Positions 56,301 through 64,000 of a stretch of DNA of 64,000 bases are shown here, piece after piece. The stretch is from Candidatus Undinarchaeales archaeon (lineage in GTDB: Archaea > SpSt-1190 > JASMDC01). The DNA lies in NCBI GenBank assembly GCA_030753015.1, contig JASMDC010000012.1, positions 1 through 64,000 on the forward strand, written 5' to 3'. Under the pieces are notes generated by a model. The model made no database searches, had not been told where the DNA came from, and worked only from the letters and a program-made list of their open reading frames with translations. The position numbers were made by a program, and so were the translations under genes. How positions within the stretch are numbered: the stretch's first letter is position 1; every line of letters begins with the position of its first letter.

Positions 56301-58911
56301 GGAGGATGCCCTCCAGATGGCCGCGGATATGGATCTCCTCAATAACGGTCCAGGCATTACCTATCTCCTTCCAGGCATTGTCCATGTCACCGCTCGCCGC
56401 AGCACTGTACGACTGGTAGAGATAGTCCTCTGCCACGCTTATGAGGTAGAGCATCTCCTCGATGTCGGCACCCATCATCTCCATCTCGAAAAGACGTTCC
56501 TGTGCTTCCTCGAGCTGGTTGTAGGCGTTCTCGAGCTCGTCCTCGAACGCGAAGCCTTCAGGCTCTCTGGCTCGCTGGAACGCGCGATTTATGAACTTGT
56601 GCACCCTGCGAGCGAAACCCTCGAAGCGGTGCTGGACATCGATGATGTATCCGATATCGCCGGAGCCCTCCGCTTCCGTGAGCTCGTTCTGGATGTTTTG
56701 GAGCTCCTCGAGGAGCCGGGAGAGCTCGATGCGGAACCTGCCCACGTCGGTGCCCTGTTCCTCAAGCTCGTTGAGCGACTCGTCAAAGGCAGTGATTTCA
56801 AGATCGAGATCCATGATGCCGATCGAGGTCTCCAGACGAGCTACGAGCATGTTCGCATTCTCGGCAAGGAAGTCGACCTCTTCGAGCTTGCCCTCGAGGA
56901 TGAGCTGCTGGGCCTCATCGATAAGGAGGCGCAGCTCCTCGATGATCTCCTCTTCGACGGAGAGATCGTAGCCGGCACCCTTGAGCTCCTCGACCTTCTC
57001 AGCGAGACCTTCGATGTATTGCTTACCATCGTCTAGGTCGTGTTGGTAGCGTCGGTGGTCCTTCTTCCGGTCAAGCTGCTCACGGATATCCAGCACTTGA
57101 TCCCAATTGTCTGAGCTGCTACCAGCATCCTTGAGCGCACCGAGCAGGTCCTGCAGGTCACCGAGGTCGACATTCTCGTCCTCGGCCTCTTCGAACTCGT
57201 ACTGAAGGCTCTTGAGGGCGGAATCGAACTGCCGGCTCTCCACCTCGGAAGAAACATCCTCCTCATCGCTACCGAGTTGGGCTCTACCTATGAGTTTCCC
57301 GATCTCACCCACCTTGTGCTTGATCTCCTTACCCGCGTGCTTGAAGGCGTCGATGTCCTTCGCGTCGAGGGCGTAGAACTCAGCGTCCCTTCCTAGCCGC
57401 TGGACAGCCTTGAGGAGGTAGCGCATCTTCTTGTCCTCCCCGAACTCCTTCTCGAAGGACTCGACTTTCTCCTCAAGGGCGAGGATGATGTCCTTGATGT
57501 CCTTGAGCTCCTTGCGAACGTCGTTCTTCTCGGAATCTACCATTTCTTCGATTCGTTCGGCCCGGCGATCCTTGTCAAGGCTGGAGACAATCGCCCACTC
57601 GCTCTGTGAGGCGAGGTCCTGGGCCAGACGTGCCTGACGGAAGCCCTCTACGTACTTCTCTCCCGCCAGTGATTCCTGGGCTCTGGCGAGAGCGGCCTCT
57701 GCCTTGTCGATGAACTCGAGGGCCTTCTTTAGCACACCCTCTTCGATGGTGATGTCGTCCTTGAAATTGGCGACGAGCACGCGCATTTCGCCAATGACAA
57801 CCTCAGCGCGTCCAGCCTCGTCGACGGCCTTCTTGGCGAGCTGGAGCCGCGCGAGCTCCTTCTCAAGAGCACTGATCTTGGAAGCGAGGTCCTTGGCCTT
57901 CTTAGCATACTTCTCCTTGGCATCGCGGACCTGTTTCGCCACCGCGGCCACAGGGTCCTCTCCCTCCACCTTCTGGATGGCGTCCTCGGTAACGTTCTGC
58001 TCCTTGAAGCGCTCCACGAGCTCTTCCGAGAGACCGCTGTCACCAACGACGATGATATTGGTGATGTTGTAGTTACGGACGAAGTCGGCCAGTTCCTTGG
58101 TCTTGCTGGTGTCAGAGATGACGAACACGACCGTGTCCTCGGCGTCCGCGGGCATCTTGAGGATGTCCTCGTAGTTATCCTCGGTGACGATGATACGTGC
58201 GGTGGTGATGCCCTCGATCTCGGTGAGCTTGCTCTTGATATGGCCGAGTATACGGTCGAGGGTCTTGTCGATGGAGGATCCGGCCACCTTTGTCAGTGTG
58301 GGTCCGATGGACTCTATCGCCGATGTAAGGTTCTCGGAGGGGTTGGTTCCCACGAGCACCACATTCGAGACATTGAGGCCGGTGAGGAGCGATGCCGCAT
58401 CGACTGAGAGCGCGTCACAAGGAGTGAGCAGGATAGGGGATTCATACATCCGTGCAAGGGACAACGATGCAGCCAGCTGCTTGTACTCCTCACCCACGGA
58501 GTATATGTTGTCGCATACTAGAACGGCGTTGTCAGTCCCCGTTGAGAACCAGAAGTACATACCGATGCTGGCGGCCGTACCATAGCGCGTCATGTCCCAA
58601 ATGCGCTCGGTCGTGAAGCCAATCTCATTGATTTTTTTCTCGACGTCCTCACTGATGACGGCAGGCCCACCAATTATATAGACCGTCTTGGGATTAAGGT
58701 CCCGCAACGTGGCCTCCACCGCCTCGGAGAGCTCGTTCTCGTCCGTTACGATGACCGGTGCACCGATATGGTTCGCAGCGGCCGCCGCAACGACGGAATC
58801 AGGGTAGTTCACCGTGGTGGTGAGGAACACCGCGTCCACGGTCTCTTCTGCCATGGCCAAGGTGGCCATGAACACGGTTAATATGAGTAAAATGCGCAAT
58901 CCTCTATACAT
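53347..58911 (-). CDS. giant secreted protein: CW_binding_2 repeats, helical-bundle rod, Cys-rich C-terminus
   Basis: Signal peptide; NYPDS..AA..A....APV.VT, VYIIGGPAVIS, ERIW..TRYGTA; repeated xxGxDV-turn helical units; CGDG.CNGEE..GNCCKDCGC repeats. Confidence 0.85.
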   Translation of the reverse strand: MYRGLRILLILTVFMATLAMAEETVDAVFLTTTVNYPDSVVAAAAANHIGAPVIVTDENELSEAVEATLRDLNPKTVYIIGGPAVISEDVEKKINEIGFTTERIWDMTRYGTAASIGMYFWFSTGTDNAVLVCDNIYSVGEEYKQLAASLSLARMYESPILLTPCDALSVDAASLLTGLNVSNVVLVGTNPSENLTSAIESIGPTLTKVAGSSIDKTLDRILGHIKSKLTEIEGITTARIIVTEDNYEDILKMPADAEDTVVFVISDTSKTKELADFVRNYNITNIIVVGDSGLSEELVERFKEQNVTEDAIQKVEGEDPVAAVAKQVRDAKEKYAKKAKDLASKISALEKELARLQLAKKAVDEAGRAEVVIGEMRVLVANFKDDITIEEGVLKKALEFIDKAEAALARAQESLAGEKYVEGFRQARLAQDLASQSEWAIVSSLDKDRRAERIEEMVDSEKNDVRKELKDIKDIILALEEKVESFEKEFGEDKKMRYLLKAVQRLGRDAEFYALDAKDIDAFKHAGKEIKHKVGEIGKLIGRAQLGSDEEDVSSEVESRQFDSALKSLQYEFEEAEDENVDLGDLQDLLGALKDAGSSSDNWDQVLDIREQLDRKKDHRRYQHDLDDGKQYIEGLAEKVEELKGAGYDLSVEEEIIEELRLLIDEAQQLILEGKLEEVDFLAENANMLVARLETSIGIMDLDLEITAFDESLNELEEQGTDVGRFRIELSRLLEELQNIQNELTEAEGSGDIGYIIDVQHRFEGFARRVHKFINRAFQRAREPEGFAFEDELENAYNQLEEAQERLFEMEMMGADIEEMLYLISVAEDYLYQSYSAAASGDMDNAWKEIGNAWTVIEEIHIRGHLEGILRHYQDVSWEVEEMVANGVDIGPALSIFNEIEDLIVEVQDDIEAGKFKSAGKLLGKIEKRFGGLHRALDETRMYFDFLREQEHILYEIEEMRFRAEELPGDVGARLNALLDEIEEGIDKAIKLAMNGQTRAAEKIFRNAMEKMPLVHFFYERTMIDENLYRMFEELDKMAYEGFDVSEMETKLKDVALCFDNAMDEMRNVRNPHEFQRIMGKCHHRMERLHREFESFMQWRHFNDQIEDAYRFLEDIDRRIEDASYSGFKVPDFVEDLRREYEEVLRTIEGLAKQGDFRRAERMFEKLWHLREQIEMSGAFIDIENRLSNIEQRLDEAEYDGVDTKPYRSAINDIREGIEEMRSSGIQSHRLGRALERFHRDIERIEREFESRRWLGGLEDRLRQMEDQLRDDEYNGIRVDDLYEELADLRAELRRVVREIQEMEGGRWDRIIHEFERKINALEQRRAIATIPREFERRFREMEQRLEDMEYDGIDTADARRGLKSLWYELDEFKEKLRTTEQMDRIWREQETFNRRVDEFQNSVFQQLEGQRITQEFQRRFEEIEDQIERMEYDGVDVSRAKSQFRELQNKLASMGSDLAGVRDIWRHFEPFQRELEQFQQSLWMLERLSGLTNELQGFEDEVDRMEYENVPGTEELNRILLDMKARAEEFRGELDGTYDAGRVMERFERDWEGYRFQFWRMQWLLWKSRDLRQMREDVQYHDQAQLKQLELYYEEMRVKALESDGRGWDRLQRDLEQRFNEMSENYWQSNSDGSSGGSSGGIEAYCGDGMCNGEESTGNCCKDCGCTGGEFCDTGSNICKPEDGGSQGGFCGDNECNGEENSGNCCKDCGCTGGEYCEYESNICKPEDDGTDGGSTDGGPSGYKCCQSPDDMDACRVDLDQPCPDKYQDLPDEWVDPNAPANCISPGPGMTDPPWCDMTSGGDPTGGDDHPDCYDAITDATCGELAECQWCEGDSAPHSCFPDDYTCGSGGKV
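53720..53976 (-). repeat. in-frame tandem duplication (135-nt period) encoding Cys-rich module
   Basis: Two similar copies at about 53720-53841 and 53855-53976. Confidence 0.85.
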
Positions 58912-59058
58912 AGCCTTCGCCTCCAAGTAACTTGACTTCCTAGTCTAGAACTCATTCGGTATGACATTTATAGGTTTCGTTCTGCTTATGAAGGATATAG
59001 ACAATCTATACACGTCATTATATTTTCAGGAACGAGGTAAGGGGACGAGGTTATCTGT

Positions 59059-60195
59059 ATGGACAAAACGGGACCAAGTGTGGAAGATGTGGTTTCCCAG
59101 CTGAAGGAATACGAGTTCTCCACCTTTCAACTCGGCACGACCTGCTTCCATGACAAGGACAATTTTATCCGGGCGATTACCGAGAGGTTCGGCGCCACCT
59201 TCGCAGAGAAACACCCCGACCTCACAATAGTGCTTGGACCGGGTACAATGGAGATCGTGACCCGCCCACTGTTCGTGTACGGGCGATACCTCAAGACCTC
59301 ACGAGAGATACCACAGACAAGATGGCCCTGTCGCGTATGCAAGGGTGGCGGCTGTCCACGCTGCGATGGTACGGGGAAAATGTATCAGGAGAGCGTCGAG
59401 GAGATCTTGGGCGCTCCCCTTCTGGCAGATACCGGTGGGACGGGGACCCGGCTCCACGGCTGCGGTCGTGAGGACATCGACGCGCGGATGCTCGGTTCTG
59501 GACGGCCATTCGTGATCGAGGTAATCAATCCGCGCTGCCGCACCATCGACCTGCCAGAAATAACGCACGGGAAGGCCGACTACCTGTTCCTCAGGTTCTG
59601 CGAAAAGGGCATATCCAGGATGTTGAAGTCTTGTGCTGCGTTCAAACGTTATAGGGCGCAGGTCACCCTTGAGAACGAGGTCGACGATCTGCATCTCAAG
59701 AGGGTACACGATCTCTGTGGCGTCCGGATCGACCAGCAGACACCTACCCGCGTCCTCCACCGTCGAAAGGACTTGAAGCGCGGCCGAGCGATAGCTAGTA
59801 TAGTCTGTCGTCGCCGTGGGCCTACGGAGCTGGAGCTCGAGCTGGTCGTAGCCTCGGGCTTCTATGTCAAGGAGTTCGTCTCCGGTGACGGAGGGAGGAG
59901 CATACCGTCCCTTGCTGAGACCTTGGACGTCGGGTGTACGTGCTCACGCCTCGATGTATCGGCCGTGTTCGATCCCACGTTACTCGACCTCATCAGAGAG
60001 ACCGGAGAGTCGGGCAGCGATCCTCATGAAGGAGCGCAAAGGATTGGTATGACGCTTTCCTGCGGCTGCAATCCTGAGACCCAGCTGGAGCGCATGTTCC
60101 CTGGTGATGAGCTGCCACCAGTGTTGGATGCGCTCTCATGTGCCGCCACCGCGGACGCATCGCTAGCGCTCACAAGACCTGACGATGACTTTTAA
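59059..60195 (+). CDS. pus10: tRNA pseudouridine(54/55) synthase Pus10
   Basis: YGRYLK.SREIPQTRWPC..C.G.GC..C, GREDIDARMLG.GRPF, QQTP.RV.HRR, YVKEFVSGD.GR. Confidence 0.93.
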   Translation: MDKTGPSVEDVVSQLKEYEFSTFQLGTTCFHDKDNFIRAITERFGATFAEKHPDLTIVLGPGTMEIVTRPLFVYGRYLKTSREIPQTRWPCRVCKGGGCPRCDGTGKMYQESVEEILGAPLLADTGGTGTRLHGCGREDIDARMLGSGRPFVIEVINPRCRTIDLPEITHGKADYLFLRFCEKGISRMLKSCAAFKRYRAQVTLENEVDDLHLKRVHDLCGVRIDQQTPTRVLHRRKDLKRGRAIASIVCRRRGPTELELELVVASGFYVKEFVSGDGGRSIPSLAETLDVGCTCSRLDVSAVFDPTLLDLIRETGESGSDPHEGAQRIGMTLSCGCNPETQLERMFPGDELPPVLDALSCAATADASLALTRPDDDF

Positions 60196-60199
60196 TTAG

Positions 60200-61264
60200 A
60201 TGAGAGCTACTGCTCAGTCCATGGATGAGGCTCACGAGTCACTCGAGGACATCCTCAATAAGCGTCGCAAGATGGCAAATCGTCTCCAGGACGCCATAGC
60301 AGGCAGGGAGGACCCAGGGCTCCATCCAGGTGGTACAGCGCCTGATGAGGGGGAAGAACCAGCCCCTCTGGCCACGAGCGACCTTCATCCCCCCTCAGCA
60401 GATCTGTTCTCATCACCATCTCGTACTGCTGGCCCTGCTCCCTTTGACGAGGGCCTTCCGAGCATGAAGCGGGCCCCGAAGGGCGACGACTCCTTCCCTG
60501 AACCGGCAAGCCCTACCAAGGGGGACGATATGTTCCCTGAAGGCTCCGGTCCAGTAAAGGGTGACGATAGTTTCCCGGACGCTCCCGGTCCGACAAAGGG
60601 TGACGACCTTTTCCCCGAGCCTGTCTCGTTACCCGTTGATGACGGATTCCTACCTGAGGCAGAGCCTGATTCGTCAGCTACTGACGACGGATTCCTACCC
60701 GAGGCGAAGGAAGAGCCCGAGCCCATTGAGGACGAATCCGAACCTGAATCCGAGGAGAAAGAACCAGAGCCCCTCCCTGTCCGGGAACCTGAGCTTATAG
60801 AAGATGAGCCCGAGCCCATAGAGGAAGAACCTGGACCTCTTCCAGTCCTCGAGCCCGAGCCCTTGGAGGAAGAACCTGAACGTCTCCCTGTCCTCGAGCC
60901 CGAGCCCGCAGAGGAAGAGCCTGAGCCCATCACTCTACCCTTCCATGACGAGGAAGAGGAACTCGTTGTACCTTCACGTGAGCCTGTTGGACCACCTTCC
61001 GATGAGGAACCGGTTCCCGAGCCAAGTGAGGCACCCCCGCGTGCAGTCCCTCTTGAGGAACCTCCAACTCGCTTCGAGCCTGAGACTATCCCCGAACCTG
61101 TGCACACGGGAGTCTCAGATATGGAGAAGGAGGTCCGTTCATTGAGCGAACAGCTTGACGGTCTCCTACGCGATCGCCAGCGGTTCCCCAACAGCGAGGT
61201 CTTCTACAACGTCCTTAACGAGGCCTCCAACGGACTGAAGGACTCACTTGAGCTGCTACGGTGA
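60200..61264 (+). CDS. acidic Pro/Glu-rich low-complexity protein with helical termini
   Basis: KGDDxFP x4, DDGFLPEA x2, EPEPLPV/EEEP repeats. Confidence 0.75.
   Translation: MRATAQSMDEAHESLEDILNKRRKMANRLQDAIAGREDPGLHPGGTAPDEGEEPAPLATSDLHPPSADLFSSPSRTAGPAPFDEGLPSMKRAPKGDDSFPEPASPTKGDDMFPEGSGPVKGDDSFPDAPGPTKGDDLFPEPVSLPVDDGFLPEAEPDSSATDDGFLPEAKEEPEPIEDESEPESEEKEPEPLPVREPELIEDEPEPIEEEPGPLPVLEPEPLEEEPERLPVLEPEPAEEEPEPITLPFHDEEEELVVPSREPVGPPSDEEPVPEPSEAPPRAVPLEEPPTRFEPETIPEPVHTGVSDMEKEVRSLSEQLDGLLRDRQRFPNSEVFYNVLNEASNGLKDSLELLR
60476..60935 (+). repeat. in-frame degenerate tandem repeats
   Basis: 39-nt period AAGGG.GACGA..TTCCC units, then about 42-nt period GAGCCCGAGCCC...GAGGAAGA units. Confidence 0.75.
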
Positions 61265-61280
61265 TTACGAGAGCCCCCGG

Positions 61281-61874
61281 TCACGACTCGCTGAGAACCT
61301 CGTAGAGCTCTCGGTTCAGAACGACACGGTTGACCTTGCCGAGCCGCTCCTTCGCGATGATGCCCTTATTCTCGAGGTTCTTGAGGATACGGTGGGTCTT
61401 GACCTTGTTGAGGTTGGGAAGATGCGATAGCTCATACTGTTGGACCTTTCCTCCGTTCTCAAGGATCGTGTCCACAACCTTCCGCTCGAGAGGATTGAGG
61501 AATTTGAGGATGATACGCGTGTTCTTCTGAAGGACCGTCTCCTGATGGACGATTCGGTCGGCCATGATGTAGTAGACCACCGTCCCGACGAACAACCCGA
61601 TGAACGCGAAGAAGGGAAAGAAGTAGTAGGGGCGGAGTGTGGGCATCGACGCGTACTGTGCCTCCAGCTTGCTCTTGATTTCCTCCTTGGTCATCTGGTC
61701 GATAGCGTCAGGTGTGAGCCGGCCGGCGGCACGCTCCTCGTGCAGGAGGTTGTAGAAGAGACTCACCGATATGACTAGGAGGGCAAAGGAGACGATGAGG
61801 CCGATGCCAAGTACCTTGTTCTTGTTCCCCTCAGTATCCACTCCCTTTAGAAAGGGCGACATGTTTTTAACCAT
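61281..61874 (-). CDS. two-TM membrane protein with C-terminal winged helix (COG2512-like)
   Basis: FLNPLERKVV..I...GG.VQQ.EL....L.KVK.HRILK.LE.KGII. Confidence 0.8.
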   Translation of the reverse strand: MVKNMSPFLKGVDTEGNKNKVLGIGLIVSFALLVISVSLFYNLLHEERAAGRLTPDAIDQMTKEEIKSKLEAQYASMPTLRPYYFFPFFAFIGLFVGTVVYYIMADRIVHQETVLQKNTRIILKFLNPLERKVVDTILENGGKVQQYELSHLPNLNKVKTHRILKNLENKGIIAKERLGKVNRVVLNRELYEVLSES

Positions 61875-61907
61875 TTCTTGGAGGCGGATGCGCCGGCCAA
61901 CGGTTAC

Positions 61908-62168
61908 ATGATTTTGAAACCGTCATCGTTCACGAATCTGATAGTTTCAATAGGTTGTGCACTCGCTCAGTAGGGTTCACCTGAAGCGGCCGCACCAGAG
62001 GTCAAGTATGGTGGTTGTCCGATAGGGAGGGTCAACGACCTGTACGCCGGTGACTGCGAACAGTACGTGGATTCAGACCGGAACGGGTATTGTGATTTAA
62101 GCGAATACGTCATATTGGATATAGGGACGACCGTCGTCCCTTCCTCTGTACAGGTGTGTACTCCATGA
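61908..62168 (+). pseudogene. short secreted Cys-motif ORF interrupted by in-frame TAG
   Basis: MILKPSSFTNLIVSIGCALAQ*GSPE...CPIGRVNDLYAGDCEQYVDSDRNGYCDLS; ends in ATGA overlap with next gene. Confidence 0.55.
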
Positions 62169-62452
62169 AACGGACAGACATCAACTACATCGTCGACCTT
62201 GCCATGGCTGTATTCTTTCTCCTGAGCTTCATCACCGGCCTCATCAAGTTCCCCGCCGTCCTCGTGTACGTACTACAGGTGTACAGTTCCCTTCCCATGT
62301 ACAAAATCAACTGGGTGCACGACTACAGCGGGCTCGCTTTCGGCAGCCTTGGCGTGATCCACATAGTACTGCATTGGGATTGGCTCGTAGCGATGACACG
62401 AGGGAAGCTGGGTACAACGAAGCGCGAGACCAAAGAGCACAGTGATCAATGA
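62165..62452 (+). CDS. DUF4405-like membrane protein
   Basis: NYIVDL, ITGL, VHDYSG, HIVLHW.W. Confidence 0.82.
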   Translation: MKRTDINYIVDLAMAVFFLLSFITGLIKFPAVLVYVLQVYSSLPMYKINWVHDYSGLAFGSLGVIHIVLHWDWLVAMTRGKLGTTKRETKEHSDQ

Positions 62453-62471
62453 ACAGGGCAGGGCGCATCAC

Positions 62472-62487
62472 GAGAAACCTTTTAATA
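62472..62487 (+). promoter_or_regulatory. BRE-TATA, probably leaderless transcript
   Basis: GAGAAACC-TTTTAATA about 23 nt before ATG 62510. Confidence 0.65.
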
Positions 62488-62509
62488 TCCGCTGAACCTC
62501 TCAGGCGCC

Positions 62510-63337
62510 ATGGCCCATTGTGCCGAGTGCGGCAAGGACGTCACCATGCCCTACAGGTGCAAGTTCTGCAGCCAGCATTTCTGCGATGACCACCGACTGC
62601 CCGAGAACCACAGCTGCTCGGGATTGGAGGAGTACAAACGCAAACGTCGTGAGGGCCGCACAGATCCTGTAAAGGCCCGAAAAACGAGAGAGGAGCACGA
62701 GTCGCATATCATCTACACACCTTCACGGGTGCGGCATGAGGTCGTGATCGGGCCACCGGATGCCTTCCGTGTGACGAACCGGGCCCTCGTCCCTAAGATC
62801 GTTGGGTTGTGCGTGGCAGTGTACATACTTCAGTTCTATATTCTGGGTCCAGGGTTCACCAAAGCCTTCATGCTCTATCCCATTTATGCGTTCTCGCGAC
62901 CTTGGACACTGGTCACGCACATGCTACTTCACGCGAATATAAGTCATTTATTCTTCAACATGTGGATCCTGTACCTCTTCGGCAACCGCCTGGAACAGGA
63001 CATAGGGAGCGAGACCTTCATCACCATCTTCCTTCTTGCGGGTCTCTCTGGTGGACTGGCCTATGTGGTATTGAACCCGGGTTCACCCATGCCCGCCCTA
63101 GGGGCGAGCGGTGCGATCTATGGTGTGTTCGGCTGTCTTGCGATCCTGCGGCCGAACCTCACGGTGCTCATCCAGTTCCTCATACCCATGCGGCTCATCC
63201 ACGCGGCCTTTCTTTACGCAGCCATCGACCTGATGCAGTTCGGAGCCGCGGACAACGTGGGCCACGCAGCCCATCTGGCAGGTATCTTGGTGGGCTTTGC
63301 GGCAGGTAAGTACCTGCATGACCATGGTGTGCACTGA
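62510..63337 (+). CDS. rhomboid intramembrane serine protease with N-terminal AN1 zinc finger
   Basis: CAEC...CKFC...FC..HRLPENH.C; HLFFNM, GASGA, AHLAG. Confidence 0.93.
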   Translation: MAHCAECGKDVTMPYRCKFCSQHFCDDHRLPENHSCSGLEEYKRKRREGRTDPVKARKTREEHESHIIYTPSRVRHEVVIGPPDAFRVTNRALVPKIVGLCVAVYILQFYILGPGFTKAFMLYPIYAFSRPWTLVTHMLLHANISHLFFNMWILYLFGNRLEQDIGSETFITIFLLAGLSGGLAYVVLNPGSPMPALGASGAIYGVFGCLAILRPNLTVLIQFLIPMRLIHAAFLYAAIDLMQFGAADNVGHAAHLAGILVGFAAGKYLHDHGVH

Positions 63338-63415
63338 ACTGACCGCCCACTGCGTCGTTGGGCGTGGACCCTAAGAAAATCCTACTCTATATAAAGCGAG
63401 AAAACAAAGAGTGTA

Positions 63416-64000
63416 ATGGGCACGATGGCCAAGGACGATGTGGGGAAGGAAACGTCATCTGAAGGGCCAAAGGACGATGCGGCCCGTAAGGATGAGGCTC
63501 CACCTAAGGCAACTGGTAAGAAGAAGAGCTCATCCAAAGACGAGACCCCCCCCTCCAAGAAAGATGGTAGTGAACCCGCGGATGAAGCCCTCGATACGGA
63601 GGGTAAGGGAACAGCTCCGCCACCGGTGACCTGGGGGCAGTGGTTCCATGCCGAGCTCCTCGACTTGGAAAAGACCGTTGCTGCGCTCCTGGTGACCGCC
63701 CTCGTGGTCGTCGCGTTCAATAGCCTCGGCGGTATATCAAAGTCATCTTCCGAAGTGATGATGACGGACCATGTGACGTCTGATTATGTCGCCGAACCGC
63801 CCCCGCCTCCCGAACCGACGGCCGATCTTAGTGTTAAGGGTCGTATGGGACCTGCTCCGACGATGGCTACACAGCGCGAGGGAGGAGGCACGGAGGGCAC
63901 AGCTGACACGGGCTCCGAGACGGCAGGACCCGATCCTATCCTCGACTTGGCCATTGAAGGACGCGAAACAGACCCGGCGCCGGTCAAGGACGAGGACACC
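63416..64000 (+). CDS. partial membrane-anchored hypothetical protein running off the window
   Basis: MGTMAKDD... open to the window end; charged disordered N-terminus, one TM, Pro-rich linker; TATATAAA upstream. Confidence 0.7.
   Translation, partial: MGTMAKDDVGKETSSEGPKDDAARKDEAPPKATGKKKSSSKDETPPSKKDGSEPADEALDTEGKGTAPPPVTWGQWFHAELLDLEKTVAALLVTALVVVAFNSLGGISKSSSEVMMTDHVTSDYVAEPPPPPEPTADLSVKGRMGPAPTMATQREGGGTEGTADTGSETAGPDPILDLAIEGRETDPAPVKDEDT

Noticed and set aside
53720-60935. Repeats as a CRISPR array
   Set aside because: The repeats are in frame, degenerate at third codon positions, lack unique spacers, and no cas genes are present
1-64000. Genome-wide stop-codon reassignment or selenoproteins
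   Set aside because: TAG, TGA and TAA all end conserved genes at the expected positions, and the redox motifs use Cys codons

Overview
GC-rich archaeal chromosomal DNA. The evidence is BRE/TATA promoters, CCA-less tRNAs, an intron-containing tRNA-Trp, ZPR1, Pus10, an AN1-rhomboid fusion and a COG1361 protein. The RRGQ pilin-like protein and Cys-rich giant surface proteins suggest a DPANN-like lineage, but that is inference. No integrase, transposase, CRISPR array or rRNA was seen. Main blocks, in order: tRNA-Arg; a translationally coupled three-gene surface operon (806-11802); redox/GNAT genes; a PEP-utiliser/CruF-like/beta-barrel cluster; a Cys-rich PadR plus mini-protein metal module; an ABC-exporter locus with four permease paralogues; a 1204-aa secreted coiled-coil protein; tRNA-Trp; a roughly 10-kb Fur/PerR-linked oxidative-stress and Fe-S cluster; a GT4 pair; a 1855-aa CW_binding_2 helical-rod protein; Pus10 and rhomboid. 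The best candidate for an undescribed system is the 806-11802 operon: its 2108-aa secreted protein carries both an M23 peptidase-like and a lytic-transglycosylase-like domain plugged into a Cys-rich/Ig scaffold, and it is co-encoded with a class III signal-peptide protein. This could be an archaeal surface apparatus for attacking or attaching to bacteria. All family calls come from motif recognition by eye, not database searches.
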